A DNA stretch of 64,000 nt from Azolla caroliniana (Eukaryota > Plantae > Polypodiophyta): NCBI GenBank assembly GCA_043228905.1, contig JBHGNT010000018.1, positions 6,448,001 through 6,512,000 on the forward strand. Reading direction: 5' to 3'. The notes beneath the pieces are model-generated. The model worked only from the letters and a program-made list of their open reading frames with translations. It did not search any database and was not told where the DNA came from. This document shows positions 12,451 to 26,190 of this stretch, piece by piece. The translations under genes and the position numbers were made by a program. Positions within the stretch are counted from its first letter, which is position 1. Each line of letters starts with the position of its first letter.

Positions 12451-14226
12451 CCACTCCAAAATTGACTATTGTTTGCACAATATATTCTTTATTATCTCAT
12501 TGAAATATCTAATATTTTTAGGGGCTTATGTAATTTTTTTCTATAGCATAATTGATAATTCCCTTACGTAAATATATTTTTTATGCATTTGTTAATACCC
12601 TTATATATATACATTTTGTATCTTAATGGTTAATTTAAACCCTTTTTGATGAACTCACGTGCTATCATACAAGTTTTCACAGTGAAGCCCTTGGGCTCCC
12701 AATCACCAACCTGCTCCACTATTTCAAGCACTTCTTCCAATGTTTCCGATTCCATCTTTGCCATCTCTCTTCGCACCGATGGTCGTAGTCAATAGAGGAA
12801 ACTGGGTAATCTATCAAAATCACCCATATTAATAATTTGAAGCATTAGTTTCCAATACTTAGAAATATAACTCTTGAGTTTCTCAATTCTTGAGTTAGAT
12901 TTCTCCATTCATCTCTCATTTGAAAAGGTTCTTTTCTAGGAATGAGATACTCCCTTATCCTTTGGTTGAAATCCTCCTAATCTTCGAACTTGGGTTCACT
13001 TCACTCCATCGATAAATACCAATTGTAGGCATCACTCTTGAGGTATCAACTAGCTACCTTCACCCATGCTCTTTGATTCAACCAACTTTGCCCCAAAAGC
13101 ACTCCACGTCGTGGATCCACTTGTTAAGCACCAAGGGATCCCTCGTCCCAACATACTCCCATGGGGGTACCGACTTGTAGCTTCCAAAATCATCTTCCTC
13201 ATTGGCCTTTTCTCTTTGGCTCCTTCTTGGTGAGCTTCTTTCCTTCGATTTCTTCATGAGGATTTCTGCCAATTTGGCCAACACAATCTTCACTATGTTC
13301 CCCCTAATCCATGGCTCCTCGATAACTTCCGATTCTGATCCAATCTACTTTCTTCATCGCTATCTCTTCCTTTGGTTGCCTTCTCTAGCTTGAGCATCAC
13401 GACTTTTCTCAATTCATGTTCTTACTCTGATACCAGATGTTATGCCCATAGATTATGGGGGTCTCAAAACCCCACAAAAACACAGTTTGGACAAAGAGAA
13501 TTGGGAAAAAAAAAGATTTATATTATTTGAAGAGATACAAGCTTACAAAAATCTCAAGTTAGGACAAACCCAAAAAAAGGTTGCGACAAGTCGAGATTGA
13601 GTTGGGATTCAACCAAGACTAGTTGGGACAACCTCCCGAAAAGATGTTGAGGGACTAGAGTGTTTCAAAGGTTACAAGAGGAGAGAGTGGAACTTAGACG
13701 TTGAGAATGAGCAAAATGAGGAGAAGCTCCTAATATAGGCCAAACTATGACCATTAGAATAAACATTGGGACTACCTGTTGGGACTAGCTCTCTCAACCC
13801 AGGGTGGTGCCCCTTTTGGGACAAGGACTAGGATTGGGACTACCTCCTTCTGCAAGTCCCAATTTAGCTTGAGATCGTGTCCTAGTTTGGACAAGATAAG
13901 GACACTACAATTATCCTCTTGAGCTATATATCTCTAAACCTCTAGTCATAATCCATGCATACTCAGAGTTATCCATAATCAATATGATGACATCTAGCAT
14001 GAAATATGTCTTTGATAAGTTACCAAAGAGAATTTTTAAAATTAGAAGTCGAAGATACAATTGGTACTGGATATTGAAAGGTTTCTTGAGGTTGTGGATG
14101 GTAGCTGAGAAGAACCAATAGACAAAACATCAAAAGCATGGAAAACATGGAGGGCTCAAGATAAAAGGGAACACTTGGAAATCCTACTACACATGGAAAA
14201 CATGGAGGGCTCAAGCAGATATTATC

Positions 14227-14906
14227 TTGAGACTCAACGCGATTGCTACAATGTGGGCAAAACTTAAAGAGATGTACGAGCCACATGATGGTACAATTAA
14301 GTTATATACATTAGGTGCACTATTCAATATGTGTGTGTTTCGAAAGAGGTACATTAGCTGTAGGAAAAGGAACATTTGTTTGATAATGGTAAATGATCAT
14401 CACATAAAAATGACAGATGTATATTATGTACTTGGAGTGACAAACCACTTATTATCAGTTGGACAAGCTACCAACAATGGGCTAACTATCCAATTTACTT
14501 AGAACCGGGCCATGATACATCTCCATAAAGACAAGAGCAAAACAATAGTATGTCCCAAGCAAGGTCACCTATATCCTCTAGCAGTGAGACAAATAGAAGC
14601 GTTGTCAATGAAGGTATGTCATAACTATAATCAAGATAATTTTTGTCTCACATACATGTGGCACTACAGGCTTGGGTACATACATATTCAAGCACCGCAA
14701 GAATCTCAAAGGAAAATATCTATAAGAGGCCTTCCAACTATAAGTTTCGAAACTATTAAGGTATGTGAAGATTGTCTCTATTCAAAAATGTCACATAAAT
14801 CATTCTCCCCAAGTCACGCAAACACTACTAAGCCACTACAACTAGTACATTCTGATCTATGCGGTTCATTTCCTATTCCATCCATGCTTGGTGCAAATAT
14901 TTCATT
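14227..14906 (+). pseudogene. Degenerate copia gag-pol remnant (host of the 6033-13909 element)
   Basis: DVYYVLGVTNHLLSVGQ, WHYRLGYI, CEDCLYSK, PLQLVHSDLCG motifs; PBS-like tggtatcaaagc at ~5992, just left of the insertion. Confidence 0.7.
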
Positions 14907-14945
14907 CCTGAGGGCTTCACTGTCAAAACTTATATGATAGCGCGT

Positions 14946-17900
14946 TGTCGCGAAAATACGACGAGGATACGTAAACTTGAGGCAGGACCCTCGGGCCTTC
15001 GACTAGAGGATATCACATTCGTGCGTTTATGTACTAAGAATTAACCGAAATAAGAAAGATTGACAAATTTCATTAACAAATAGAAAGAAAGATTACAATT
15101 AATCTCAAGATTGGGATTACAAAATGTTTAGCTAATGGAGATTGCTAGAGTAATAGATTAGAAGAATTTGAGATATGGATTCGATAGAAAATTAGTTTTT
15201 TGGCTTTGATAAGAGATTATGTTTTATGAGTTGAATAGCTTCCGTATGGAAAGTTTGGAATTATGAGTGATAACTCCCCTAAGAAAATTCGGATTCTTCC
15301 TTTTTGTCTCTCACCCATACACTTGCATGAAGGAACTTCAGTTTGCATCTCCCATCCCTTTGCATGCGTTCCACATGGCGTTTTTACTTTAGTTGCATGA
15401 TGTCTCCACTTTTTCTTTTCATGCCTTCCATATGATCTTTACTTTATGCATGCCCTCCAACTTTAGTTGCATGTGTCCACATGGCCTTTACTTTAGTCTC
15501 TTTTACTTTACTTTAATTTGCCACATGATCCTTTAATCCGTTCATCTCGATCATCGCCCATGCAATCCGTCCGTCTCGATCACCGCCGATCCAATCCATC
15601 CGCGTCCAACCCGTCCAGTTGCTGGTTCCGCTCGATCACCGGTACTGTTCGGTTGTTGGTTTTCGGTTACCAACTTCGCCCGATTGAAGGTTACCAGATA
15701 CATCTGATTTCCAACTCCATCTGATTGCCGGTTTCGCCAATTTCGATATGATTACCGGTTGGTTCTAGTTTGCTTACCGGCCGGTTCCGGTTTGGTTTTG
15801 GACCGATTTCAATTTGGTTTCCGGCTTACCAGGCGATTCCAAATTGATTTCCAGTCGGTTCCATTTTATTGCCAGTCAGTTTTTGGGAACTTGGCCACAT
15901 TCATCCATCTAGACAAAGTGGCCAAAGAGCTCTTAGCACAAATAAAAAATGAGGGATCTCAACAAATTGATTTCCGGCCGGTTCCATTTTATTGCCAATC
16001 AGTTTTTGGGAACTTGGCCACATTCATCCATCTAGACAAAGTGGCCAAAGTGCTCTTAGCACAAATAAAAAATGAGGGATCTCAATGTGCTTATATAGCC
16101 AGGGCCTTAAGTTTCCTATCTATGTGGGATAAATCATAGTTCTATTTTTCCTATATTCGCAAACTTCATGTTCACATAACTTGATACTTGTTTATCCGTT
16201 TCATGTGTAGTAAAATGCGTTGTGAAGCTCTTGAAGACATCTATCTTTCCATATCAAGCCATTAATCTAATCTAAAATAATTATTTCATTATTTTTTTTA
16301 CATAGTGTGTGAAGAAACACAGGACATTCACCCCCACCAAACCTGCAAATCCACCGATATGTGCCAATTTTGGTGAGGCTCCACTTTTGATTACTTTACT
16401 TTTTCATCGATGTACCCGAACCGCCATTGCCATCCGATCCACCATATTCTTCGTTCACTCTTTGCATTTCCATGACTAGTTGTCATGGCTCTCTTTGCTC
16501 CTCTTGAGCATAATGCTTCACGCTTTGTGCATGTGCCACCTTCATCTCGACCATCTCCTTGGTCATTGTTCACTCTTGCCTTCCTCGGGCTAATGTCATT
16601 ATTTGTATTGTCTTGGTCCTTCTCTTCCTCTTCACCACCATCTGTATCTTGGGTCTCACGTTGGTTCCCATACGCAACTACCAAAGTCTCTAGATGAAAT
16701 GTTAGGAAAGCATCTCCATGGCTTTTTACCATCACATCGTTCATATCCATCTTCGCCTCGACGTTGTTATTTGCATTGGCTTTAATCTTTGCTTCTTTGC
16801 CACTCTCCATCTCTTGGGTCTCACGTTGGCTTTTGGATGCAACTGCCCAAGTCTTCGGAACATGTGTCAAGAATTTCTCATCTTTATTGGCTTTTGCCTT
16901 TGTCATGTTGTCCATAGACATCTCCCTGGCTATCTCTTTGTCGCTCGCATTAGCTTCAACCCTTGCTTCCTTGCCACCACTGTCCTTCTCTTGAGTCTTA
17001 CATTGGTTAATGCCCAAGTCTCTCGAACGAGTGTGGAGGGATCCATACGTTTTCATAGTTTGTCTTTGTCGTGCTACAGTTAGCTGCTTCCACCTTATGG
17101 TTGTTCGCATTGGCTTTGACCTTTGTTTCTTTGCCGCCACCTTCTGTCTCTTGGGTCTTACATTGGTTAATGGCCAAGTCTCAAGAACTTTTGAGGGGAA
17201 AGTCTCTTCATGATCGTCATCTACCCTCTTCGGCTTGACATCTCCTTCTTCTTTGTATGTGTTAGCTTTGGCCTTGACTTCCTTGCCACCACCTTCCGTC
17301 TCTTGGGTCTCACGTTTGCTTTCCGACGCATCTGCCCAAGTCTCTGGAACAAGTGTGGAGAAAGTCTTGACACGGCCGTCCGCCATTGACTCGTCCATAG
17401 CGACCTCTGACTTGATGTCGTTTTTCGTGGCTATCTCCTCAATCATGTCTTGATCATGCAAGCTTTGCTCATGCTTGCACCTTCATCACTTGATGTTTCA
17501 AACATGATGTGTGTTTCGAAACATTTGCCCTTGCTTGAAGTGGCATTTGCCACCGGCAATTCATTTGTTTCATTCTTCATCGTTGTTTCTTGGCAAGACG
17601 AGAAGGCGTCTTGTTCCACACCTTCTCCCATGGTGTTGTTGTACCGAACTTGGGCCTTTGTATTGGCCGTATCATTACTCCACCTTTGTTGGGAAGTTTC
17701 TTCTTCCTTGATAACCATTTTAATCGGTTTTGGTTCCATTATAAGATTCCCTTTGGCCTTGCACCTTTAAATTCTCATATGCCTCGTTTATGAAGGCCTT
17801 TATATCGAGTACCATCAAACCTTCCCTCTTCAAGCTCTCTTCTTTAGGTGGTAGTTTGTAGTTGCTTCTTGTCCTCCTCTCACCATCCATCGTGGATTGT

Positions 17901-19643
17901 GTTGTTGCCGATAAGAATCTTGTCTTCCTCTTATCGTGTAGTCGACATTCTCTTTCCACTTTCGTCCAATCCTCGGTGAGGCCATTTGCACCATCATCAT
18001 CCTCAAGTCGGATTCCAATGGTCTTTCTTTCCTTCCTATCTATTGACTTCACAAACATTAGGACTTTATCCACCCCCACCAATCTTTGATCCCGCTCTGA
18101 GAGTTGTGCAAAGCGACACTCGAAGTCAACAAAAGCATGCATGGCACTTTGGTGGGTCTTTAATGATGATACCCATTGGCTGAACTCGTATAAATTGCAT
18201 CTCTTCGGCTCTTTGTATCTATATGCCTCCATGAGATATCCTCCTGCCGCCTTGTTTCACATCAGGTTCACCAAAGATGTTGCGAAAATACGACGAGGAT
18301 ACGTGAACTTGAGGCAGGACCCCGGGGCCTTCGACTAGAGGATATAACATTCGTGCATTTATATTTTTAACAATTAATGGAAAGAAGAAATTTAATAATT
18401 TTCATTAACAAAGGAAAAGAAATTACGATATGTCCCAAGATTGGGACTCATAAGTTTTAGGTTTACTGAGATTAATAGAAAAGAAAACTTAGGGGTTTTG
18501 AGACATATGGCTTCCGTAGAAAAAATTAGGGTTTTTGGCTTCCGTAAGGAAATTAGGGTTTATGAGAGATATGGCTTCCGTAAGGAAAATTAGGTTTTAT
18601 GACTTCCGTAAGGAAATTTCGAGTCTATGGCTTTCGTAAGGAAAATTAGGATTAGGTTATACAAGAGCTATGGCTTCCGTAAAGAAAATTAGGGTTTATG
18701 AGTGTTAGGGCTCCGTGAGATAAGGGAACCGAGAAGGAAAAGAAAAAAAATGGAGAGAGAATGAGTGTAGGAAAAAAACTGGAATATATATGGAGTTCTT
18801 TGTTGATCATAGCCTTCAATGTTACTTTGCATGTCCACTTTTAGTTGCATCCATTTTTAGTTGCATGCCTTTTTCTTTTAGTTGCATGTGACCGTCCACA
18901 TGGCCTTTACTTTAGTTTTCTTTACTTTACTTTAATTTGCCGCATGATCCAATCATCTGTCTGTCTCGATTGCGGCCCATCCAATCCGTCCGATCTACGT
19001 CCAGCCTCATCCGGTCGCCGGTTCCGTCCGGTTTCCGGTTGTCGGATCCACCCGGTCTCCTGTTGCCGAATCCATCCGGTCACTGGTTGCCGGATCTGTC
19101 TGGTCACCGGTTGCCGGATCTGTCTGGTCACCGGCTTCGTCTGGTTCGGTTCCGGTTCTGTCACCGTCCAGTTCCAGTTTGATTGCCGACCGGTTTCGGT
19201 TTGATGCTCGGTCAGTTTCGATTTGATTGCCGGCCGGTTTCAATTTGATTGCCAACCAGTTCCAGTCTGATTGCCGACCGATTCCATTTTATTGCCGACC
19301 GGTTCTAGGAACTGAGCCACATTCATCCATCTAGTCAAAGGGGCTCAAGTCCAACTATTTTCTTTGTGCTCTTGACACATAGATGAAAAATGAGGGATCT
19401 CAATCTGCTTATATAGCTGGAGCCTTAAGTTTCCTATCTATGTGGGATAAATCATAGTTCTATTTTCCCTATCTTCTCAAACTTAATGTTCACATAACTT
19501 GATACTTGTTTATCCGTTTCATGTGTAGTAAAATGCGTTGTGAAGCTCTTGAAGCTATCTATCTTTCCATATCAAGACACTAATCTAATCTAAAATAATT
19601 ATTTTATTATTTTTTTACATAGTGTGTGAAGAAACACATGACA
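14946..19643 (-). mobile_element. Non-autonomous gypsy-like LTR retroelement, tRNA-Trp primed, 4-bp TSD
   Basis: LTRs 14946-16326 and 18278-19643; PBS tggtgaacctgatgtgaa (minus, 18256-18273); PPT ggtgggggtgaa; TSD gcgt/acgt; deleted gag plus repetitive acidic ORF; no pol. Confidence 0.85.
16391..18232 (-). pseudogene. gag-like ORF fused to repetitive acidic protein (frameshifted into 3 ORFs)
   Basis: ORFs 17720-18232, 17443-17739 and 16391-17461 are homologous to ORF 41748-42752 (KVLMFVKSIDRKER, EDDDGANGLTEDW, EVAMDESMADGR). Confidence 0.65.
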
Positions 19644-20225
19644 ACGTGAGTTCATCAAATGGGGTATAAATTAACCATTGAGATACAGAATGTATATATA
19701 TAAGGGTATTAATAAATACATTTAAAATATATTTACCTAAGGGTGTTATCAATTATGCTACAGAAAAAAATTACATAAGCCCATGAAAAATTAGATATTT
19801 TGATGAGATGGTATAGAGCATATTGTGCAAACAACAGTCAAATTTGGAGTAGCATACATGCATATATACCTACATTTAAACATTACATCAATGAATATGT
19901 GTATACATACATTACACTCATTTATATATGCATAATGACTAAACATGAATATATTATGTACAAATATATATTATCATATGTAAATACGTACATACACATA
20001 CATAAATACATATATGTAAATGCATACATGCTACATACATATTATAATAAGCCATATGTATTAACACACAATAATACATGCATAAAAATTACATATTACA
20101 TATACACATACGCATTCTTACAAACATATTTTGTATATTACATGTTTCACACATATATTATTATGCACATACAAATATACATGCGAAACACAAAAAATAT
20201 AGATGCATAAATAAATTACATATTA

Positions 20226-23200
20226 GGTTGCGCTACAAAGAACGTTGTAGAAGACAAGGAAGAAGATGGTTGACACAGTACACCAGAGGAACTCTGATGC
20301 AGCGTCCCCGACAACCTCTCCACGGTGATCTATCATAGTCGTCTTCACACCGGAAGAATAAGTTATCTTGAAAACAAAGGTAAGTCATCTACACTCCTAT
20401 TCAATCGTGTGCAGGGTTATAGGATTAAGGCCGAATAGAGGAGATTTCAAAGATCTCCTCTAGGCAGCCTTTCAACATCGGATCGACAAAATAATTGATG
20501 TTCAATTCCTTGGACATGGTTTCTATCATTTAGAATTGGACACGGCCGAATCCATAGACATAATGTTAAAGGCTAATATGACTAATATTTGCAATGCAAT
20601 TGCTTGCTTTATGCCATGGCAACCGGGCTTTGACCCCGTCCAAATGTTAAGTTCCAGACATCGGCTGATTCCGATTTCCGTAGTTTTCCTAAGAATTCCT
20701 AAGGAATATATGGTTGTACTTCCATCAATCATAGCAAGAATCGGTATGGTTATTCCCCCACGTGTGGAGGCATTAGAAATGAAGATGTCAAGATACCCAT
20801 CAATTTGGATATTAGTTCCCTCAATGGAAAATTTACCGTCTTAGGTACTTTTACCATCAATTACCGGGAATTCGACGTTCATGCAAAAATTAGAATATGT
20901 AGGTGTGCCCAGACAATGCTTTTATTGTAAACAGAAAGGTCATGTATTAAAACATTGTCCAAAAGAAAAGAAGGGATTTGGATCCCAGAATGGTACAAGT
21001 AATGAACATATAGAGACTAATCATTTTAATTTGAATAAAAGTCAACAATCACATCTAGGTGAAGGAATTGAGAAAGGGAAGAATGTTTAGGCTTCCAAGG
21101 ATGATAAGGGGAAAAGTATTCAACCCTCACAAGATGAGGTGTGGAAACCAATTGCAAAACGACATGCAATACCCAATAAGAGCATAGAATCTAAGAGTGC
21201 TCATGTAAATATAAGCCATTATGAAGTCTTACAAGAATTGGATAAATCTTTGCCTCAAAATGATGTTAAGTTATGCCAAATCAGTAAGGGTTCTGAACAA
21301 TCTAGTCTTGCCGGTGGAGAAGAGACTGAATCAGTCAATAACCTCGTTATGTCTACTCAGAGTAAAACAAAAACGGTAGCAAGTAAAGAACATTTAAAAG
21401 TGTCTAATGCATCTTGATCATGTCATAGATATATAAAATGGTCATCTAGCTTGAGGGGGCTGAATGCGAACTTCATTCGCACAACCCTGATAAATTCTCT
21501 AGTAGAAAATAATTGTGATGTTGCAGTCACTAGATGGAATGCCACATGTATGGATTTGAGTTTTTGAAATTTTTGGGAGACATGGTTGATAATGGGGATG
21601 CAACAATACGAGTTCATGTTCTTTTCAGATCTATGCAATCTTTAGTAGGATTTTCCTTTCCTTTTTGTGGATATGATAAACAAACATGGGTAGCAACGGA
21701 TGTTCGATTGGCTGTTAGACAACAAACATTACATTTTGCAAAATATGCTAATTGTGACAATTTTGGGGAAGCATTATTAAGGGGACTTGAGGGAGCAACT
21801 ATGCAAATTTTGCCAGTGTCTGATGTGATGGGTCGGAGGCAGGTGGTTGTTGCCTTAGACTTTGAGATCCTTCCAAATTGTGGATATACCTATATTCATG
21901 AAGATGGGTTATCGGAAAGGCAAGTATTAGATAAAGCTCATCATCATTATAGAATGGTACGTGATGTGATACCCTTATCAGGTTTAATCAGCGGTGATCA
22001 AGATGGCAATGAGGTCACTTTGGTGCCATTAGCGAAAAACATGAAAATGGCGTCACAACAACCTAAATTTTCTTAAATGTGAGTGATGTCATGGAATGTT
22101 CAGGGGTTAGGGGGCCCCTTATATAGACGATACAAACATCGTCTCCGTCAAGAAATCAACAAATGCATAGTGGGTGGATCCCTAGATTTTCTTTTAATAC
22201 AAGAACATCATTTAAATACTTTTAGAATTTCTCGTTACGGTCCTATTCTACCTGGAAACTGGGACATGTTTTGGTCTTCCATAATAGGCAACACGGAAGT
22301 CTAAGGAGGGGTTTGTATGGCTATTTCACAAAGGTGGATGTCATCCATTATCCAAAAACAAGTGGTTATTCCGGGAAGGGCTCAATTTGTTATTATACAA
22401 GAGGAAGAGATTACATGGGGTCTTTTAAATATATATGATCCCAATACTGCATTGGCTCGGCAACAATTTTGGAAAGATTTATTAAATAAATTGCCTTCTC
22501 TTGATCATTGGTGTATTGCTGGTGATTTCAATATGCTTGAGGATCCCATCGATAGAATGGGAGGTAGCTCAATCACGATACATGGCCATGAATTAGCAAT
22601 GTGGGAACAATTGGTGTTTTCCTTACAAATGTTAGACGCTTGGCATGCTCCTTCCAGGGTTTGTACAAACACCTCTCTTTTGTTTTCAAGATTAGATAGG
22701 CGGGTAAATGGTACTAATCTAGCTCGCTTGGATAGATTTTACTTATCCAGAAAATTTCTTTCAACAATTGGTATGGTGCATATAATGCCAAGAACTACCT
22801 TTTCTGATCATGCTCCATTTATTCTTTCAGTCTCGACTCAAAAGAATAAAGAATTTTTCAATCTGAAGATTCCTGAAAATATGTTGTTAGACAATAGTTT
22901 TTCATTACATGTGATTGATTTATGGTCGCGAAAAGATGTTGGGCAAGAATTAATGACTATGCGGGTAGCTAATGGCTTACGAAGTATTTCCAAATTTTTC
23001 AGGTGTAAATCTAAGGAAAGGTTTCTTATGATGAAAGAAAAGGAGAAAAGGTCTCGTACTTCTCTTGTTTCTTTGCAACGGTTATAAGAATGTTATCCAC
23101 ACTGTACTTGGATTGCTGAGAAACTTGGGTCAGCAAAACAAGAACTTGCTGAACGATTAGGAAAGCGTGCAAAATTTCAATATCATCGTAGGACAACTAA

Positions 23201-26190
23201 TTGGACTCAAATGGGTGACAAATGTACAAATGAGTTTTTTCATGCAATGAGACCTAATTATAATGCGGTTTCAATCAAACAACTACAACATGAGAATGGG
23301 ACCATCTCATCTGACCCTCAAGTAATGAGAGAAATAGCCACACGATACTATTCTAACCTACTATCAACTGTTTCCTCTCAACGTATTCAAAGCAAATTTA
23401 TGCACAACATTTCAGCAAATTCTTCAAGAGGGTAATATGCCTTCCCAGTTTACAGAAGGATTAGTTTATCTTATCCCTAAATCAAACGATCCTTCACTTG
23501 ACATCAAGAAATGGCGACCGATTACACTACTAAATACAGTGTATAAAATTTTAGCTAAAGCAATTAGTATACGACTTAGTACCATAATACCTACAGTTAT
23601 ACATTTGACTCAAACAAGATTCATTCAAGAAAGAAGTATTTTGGATAATGTTTACACATTTTGGGAATCTGTGGCCTTGGCAGCCAAATCTAATCAAAAG
23701 TTAGTTGTTGTTATGCTTGATTTTGAGAAAGCCTATGATCGTGTTGACTGGGAATTTTTACAAGGAGTATTGACTCGCTTTGGGTTCTCAAAAGAATGGA
23801 TAAGAGGTATTTCCTCATTATATAATGCTGCACAAAGCCGAATCTTGTTGACTGGAGATTATGGTCGTTTGTTTTACATTTCTCGATCAGTTCGTCGGGG
23901 CTGTCCATTGGCTCCCTTCCTGTTTCTGTTTTTTGTTGAGGCAATGATTTCCTTTTTGAATGTTGTTGATATTGGTATATGCGGACTATGCATTCCACTC
24001 TCACATATAGAAGTAAGGGATGCTGAATTTGCAGATGACACTGCCCTATACTTGAAAGGTGATTTGGAAAATTTGCAAAAAATAGAAGTGGCCATATCCA
24101 CATTCTGTAAGGCTTCAGGTGCTTTGGTTAATTGGAACAAGTCCTTTGCATTTTGGGTGGGAGATGTTAATCCTCCGTTATGGAATCCACATCCGCAATT
24201 TCGGTGGATACCATTAGGTTTCCCAGTTCAGTACCTAGGATGTACTATAGGTATTGATCTTTCGATGGAAAATCAAGTGGCTCCCCTTCTATTGTCACTG
24301 AGGTTAAAATTGTTATTATGGAGTTCAACCAAGTTGTCTTTTACTGGTCGGATTGTAGTTGACAATCAGGTTTTATTAGCTTCAACATGGTATGTTTTGT
24401 CATGTTGGATATCCTCCAAGTCATGTATTCTGAAAATACGTAGATTGATTCATAATTTTCTATGGTTCGGCAAATCGGAAGGCAATGCTCGGTCTAAAGT
24501 AAAATGGGATATTATTACGTTACCTCGCTCTAAAGGGGGACTATGTATTATTGATCTAGTAGATCAATCAAGAGCATTATTAAGTAAGTTTCTCATTAGA
24601 GGATTTATGCCGGGGAAAGAGATATGGAAAGTACTATTGCTTGACCGCCGTTAAGATTGCTCTCCTCGATTAGGTGCCCCTTGGTCTAAGGATGTAAATT
24701 GGATATTTAGGGAAAATTTTAGAGTACCTGCAGCTAACAAGTGGGAAGACAAGTTTATTAGAACATTATTTTCAGCATGGAAACAAGTATTACCTGGTTT
24801 GCTTCGTAATAAACCTAAACCCAAACATTATCTTGAGTACCTCAAACAAAGGATAGTTTGGAATCTGTTGTTTACAACATCAGATGGTTTAGTGTTGGGT
24901 TCTAACGTTCATGGGAAGAACAAAAAGAAATCCTAGGTAGTATGCATGGTGGACAAATAATGTATCAACAAATTCAAGATGCTATGAGTAGATTCCCCAT
25001 TCCACCCAACAACTCTAACCACAGATGGGTTGGGGTTTATTCAAGATTGGAAGTACTCTTGGCTGTTAAGGGATGTTCAGATGATAAGATCTACCTATCT
25101 TTTGAGGTGGATGAAGCAAACCAATTGACACAGTCGGGGGAAATGAGGATAGATTACCCTTATGCTATTGAACACAAGATAAGAGTCATCAGATATGCTG
25201 ATCGGAAATGGTATATTGATCCAGTGATTGAGGAAATAAAGACACATTGGATGTTGTGGGTGTTGGCTACAAAACCGGTATTCAGATTAGAATGGGATCT
25301 AGTTGATTATCAGTGGACAGATCCTTTTATGGGTAACAAGTTTAATTTTTTCCAATATTCTGTACAGTTAGGAAGACATGTGCTTTTAGATATACGAGAT
25401 GTGATATGAGTTGCATTTCAATATTGGAATCAACAAGGTATTACTCCCCAATTCCTTGCAAACTTCTAGGTGGTATTATGGGCAAGAAAACGACCGCATC
25501 AAATATTGCATGTACAGTGGTTACTTGTACATCTAGCCTTGCCGGTTGGCACATGGTTGCATAGGATGGGAGTAGTTTCTACCTGTGCACAATGCCATTT
25601 ACAAATGGAAACTCAAAAACATTGCTTATGGGAATGTACTGAGTCTCAACTGATATGGCAACGTCTCCTTAGAATTTTTGCTAACTATTTCCCCCCATTG
25701 GTTTTCACTTGGGGCATGGTGGTTTGGACATCTCTTGTCCGTGATGCATTTCATTATGACACTGAATCTATGGACCATGGATTTTACACTAAACTTGGAA
25801 GTGTTCATATAGTACCATTGTTGTCATTACAGTTTATAGGAACACAAAAGGAAGTCCAACCAGTATGGGAGATATTGAGTAATACCACTATATATCACAT
25901 TTAGAAGGTTAGGTGCTCTCTTATTTTCCATCAGTTTAAAACACCACTGACTGAATTGGTTTCAAATATTTGGTTAGACATAGTTCATACTTTGAACGGA
26001 CAATGGGATGGTATTGTTGGAGATTCTGATGCTAAAATTGCTCAACGTCATGAGTTTATCACTATATGAAAAGCTACTCCGTTCATGACAGCCAACTGTG
26101 GTACTCCATACATAGACACATGCACATACATACATATATATGTATGTATATATATATACATACATATATATACATACACACACTAACACA
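20226..26190 (+). mobile_element. Near full-length degenerate L1/Tx1-like LINE
   Basis: ORF1 remnants with CFYCKQKGHVLKHC; ORF2 22083-~26060 with APE endonuclease (SWNVQGL, GDFN, RLDRFY, SDH), RT (WRPITLLN, LDFEKAYD, GCPLAP, FADD) and zf-RVT; candidate 20-bp TSD cataaataaattacatatta at 20206-20225 and 26191-26210. Confidence 0.85.

Larger units (their letters stand above)
7248..12695 (+). mobile_element. Non-autonomous Pack-type DNA transposon (copy 2, complete) with 8-bp TSD
   Basis: Short imperfect TIR cccgggggttc / gaagcccttggg; exact TSD CTCCCAAT at 7240-7247 and 12696-12703; contains gene fragments, a LINE fragment and TA/TG satellite. Confidence 0.8.
6033..13909 (-). mobile_element. 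Degenerate non-autonomous gypsy-like LTR retrotransposon (gag only)
   Basis: LTRs 6033-~6479 and 13438-13909 (TG...CA); TSD ATTAT on both sides; tRNA-iMet PBS (tggtatcagag, minus) next to 13438; gag remnants ~12700-13293 and CCHC knuckle CFKCGDPHLAGEC in ORF 6904-7266; gag split by the 7248-12695 insertion. Confidence 0.8.

Noticed and set aside
10128-12571. Many Y/V/C/M/H/T-rich ORFs (also 7382-7677, 19800-20338, 25974-27352)
   Set aside because: Translations of TA/TG low-complexity satellite.
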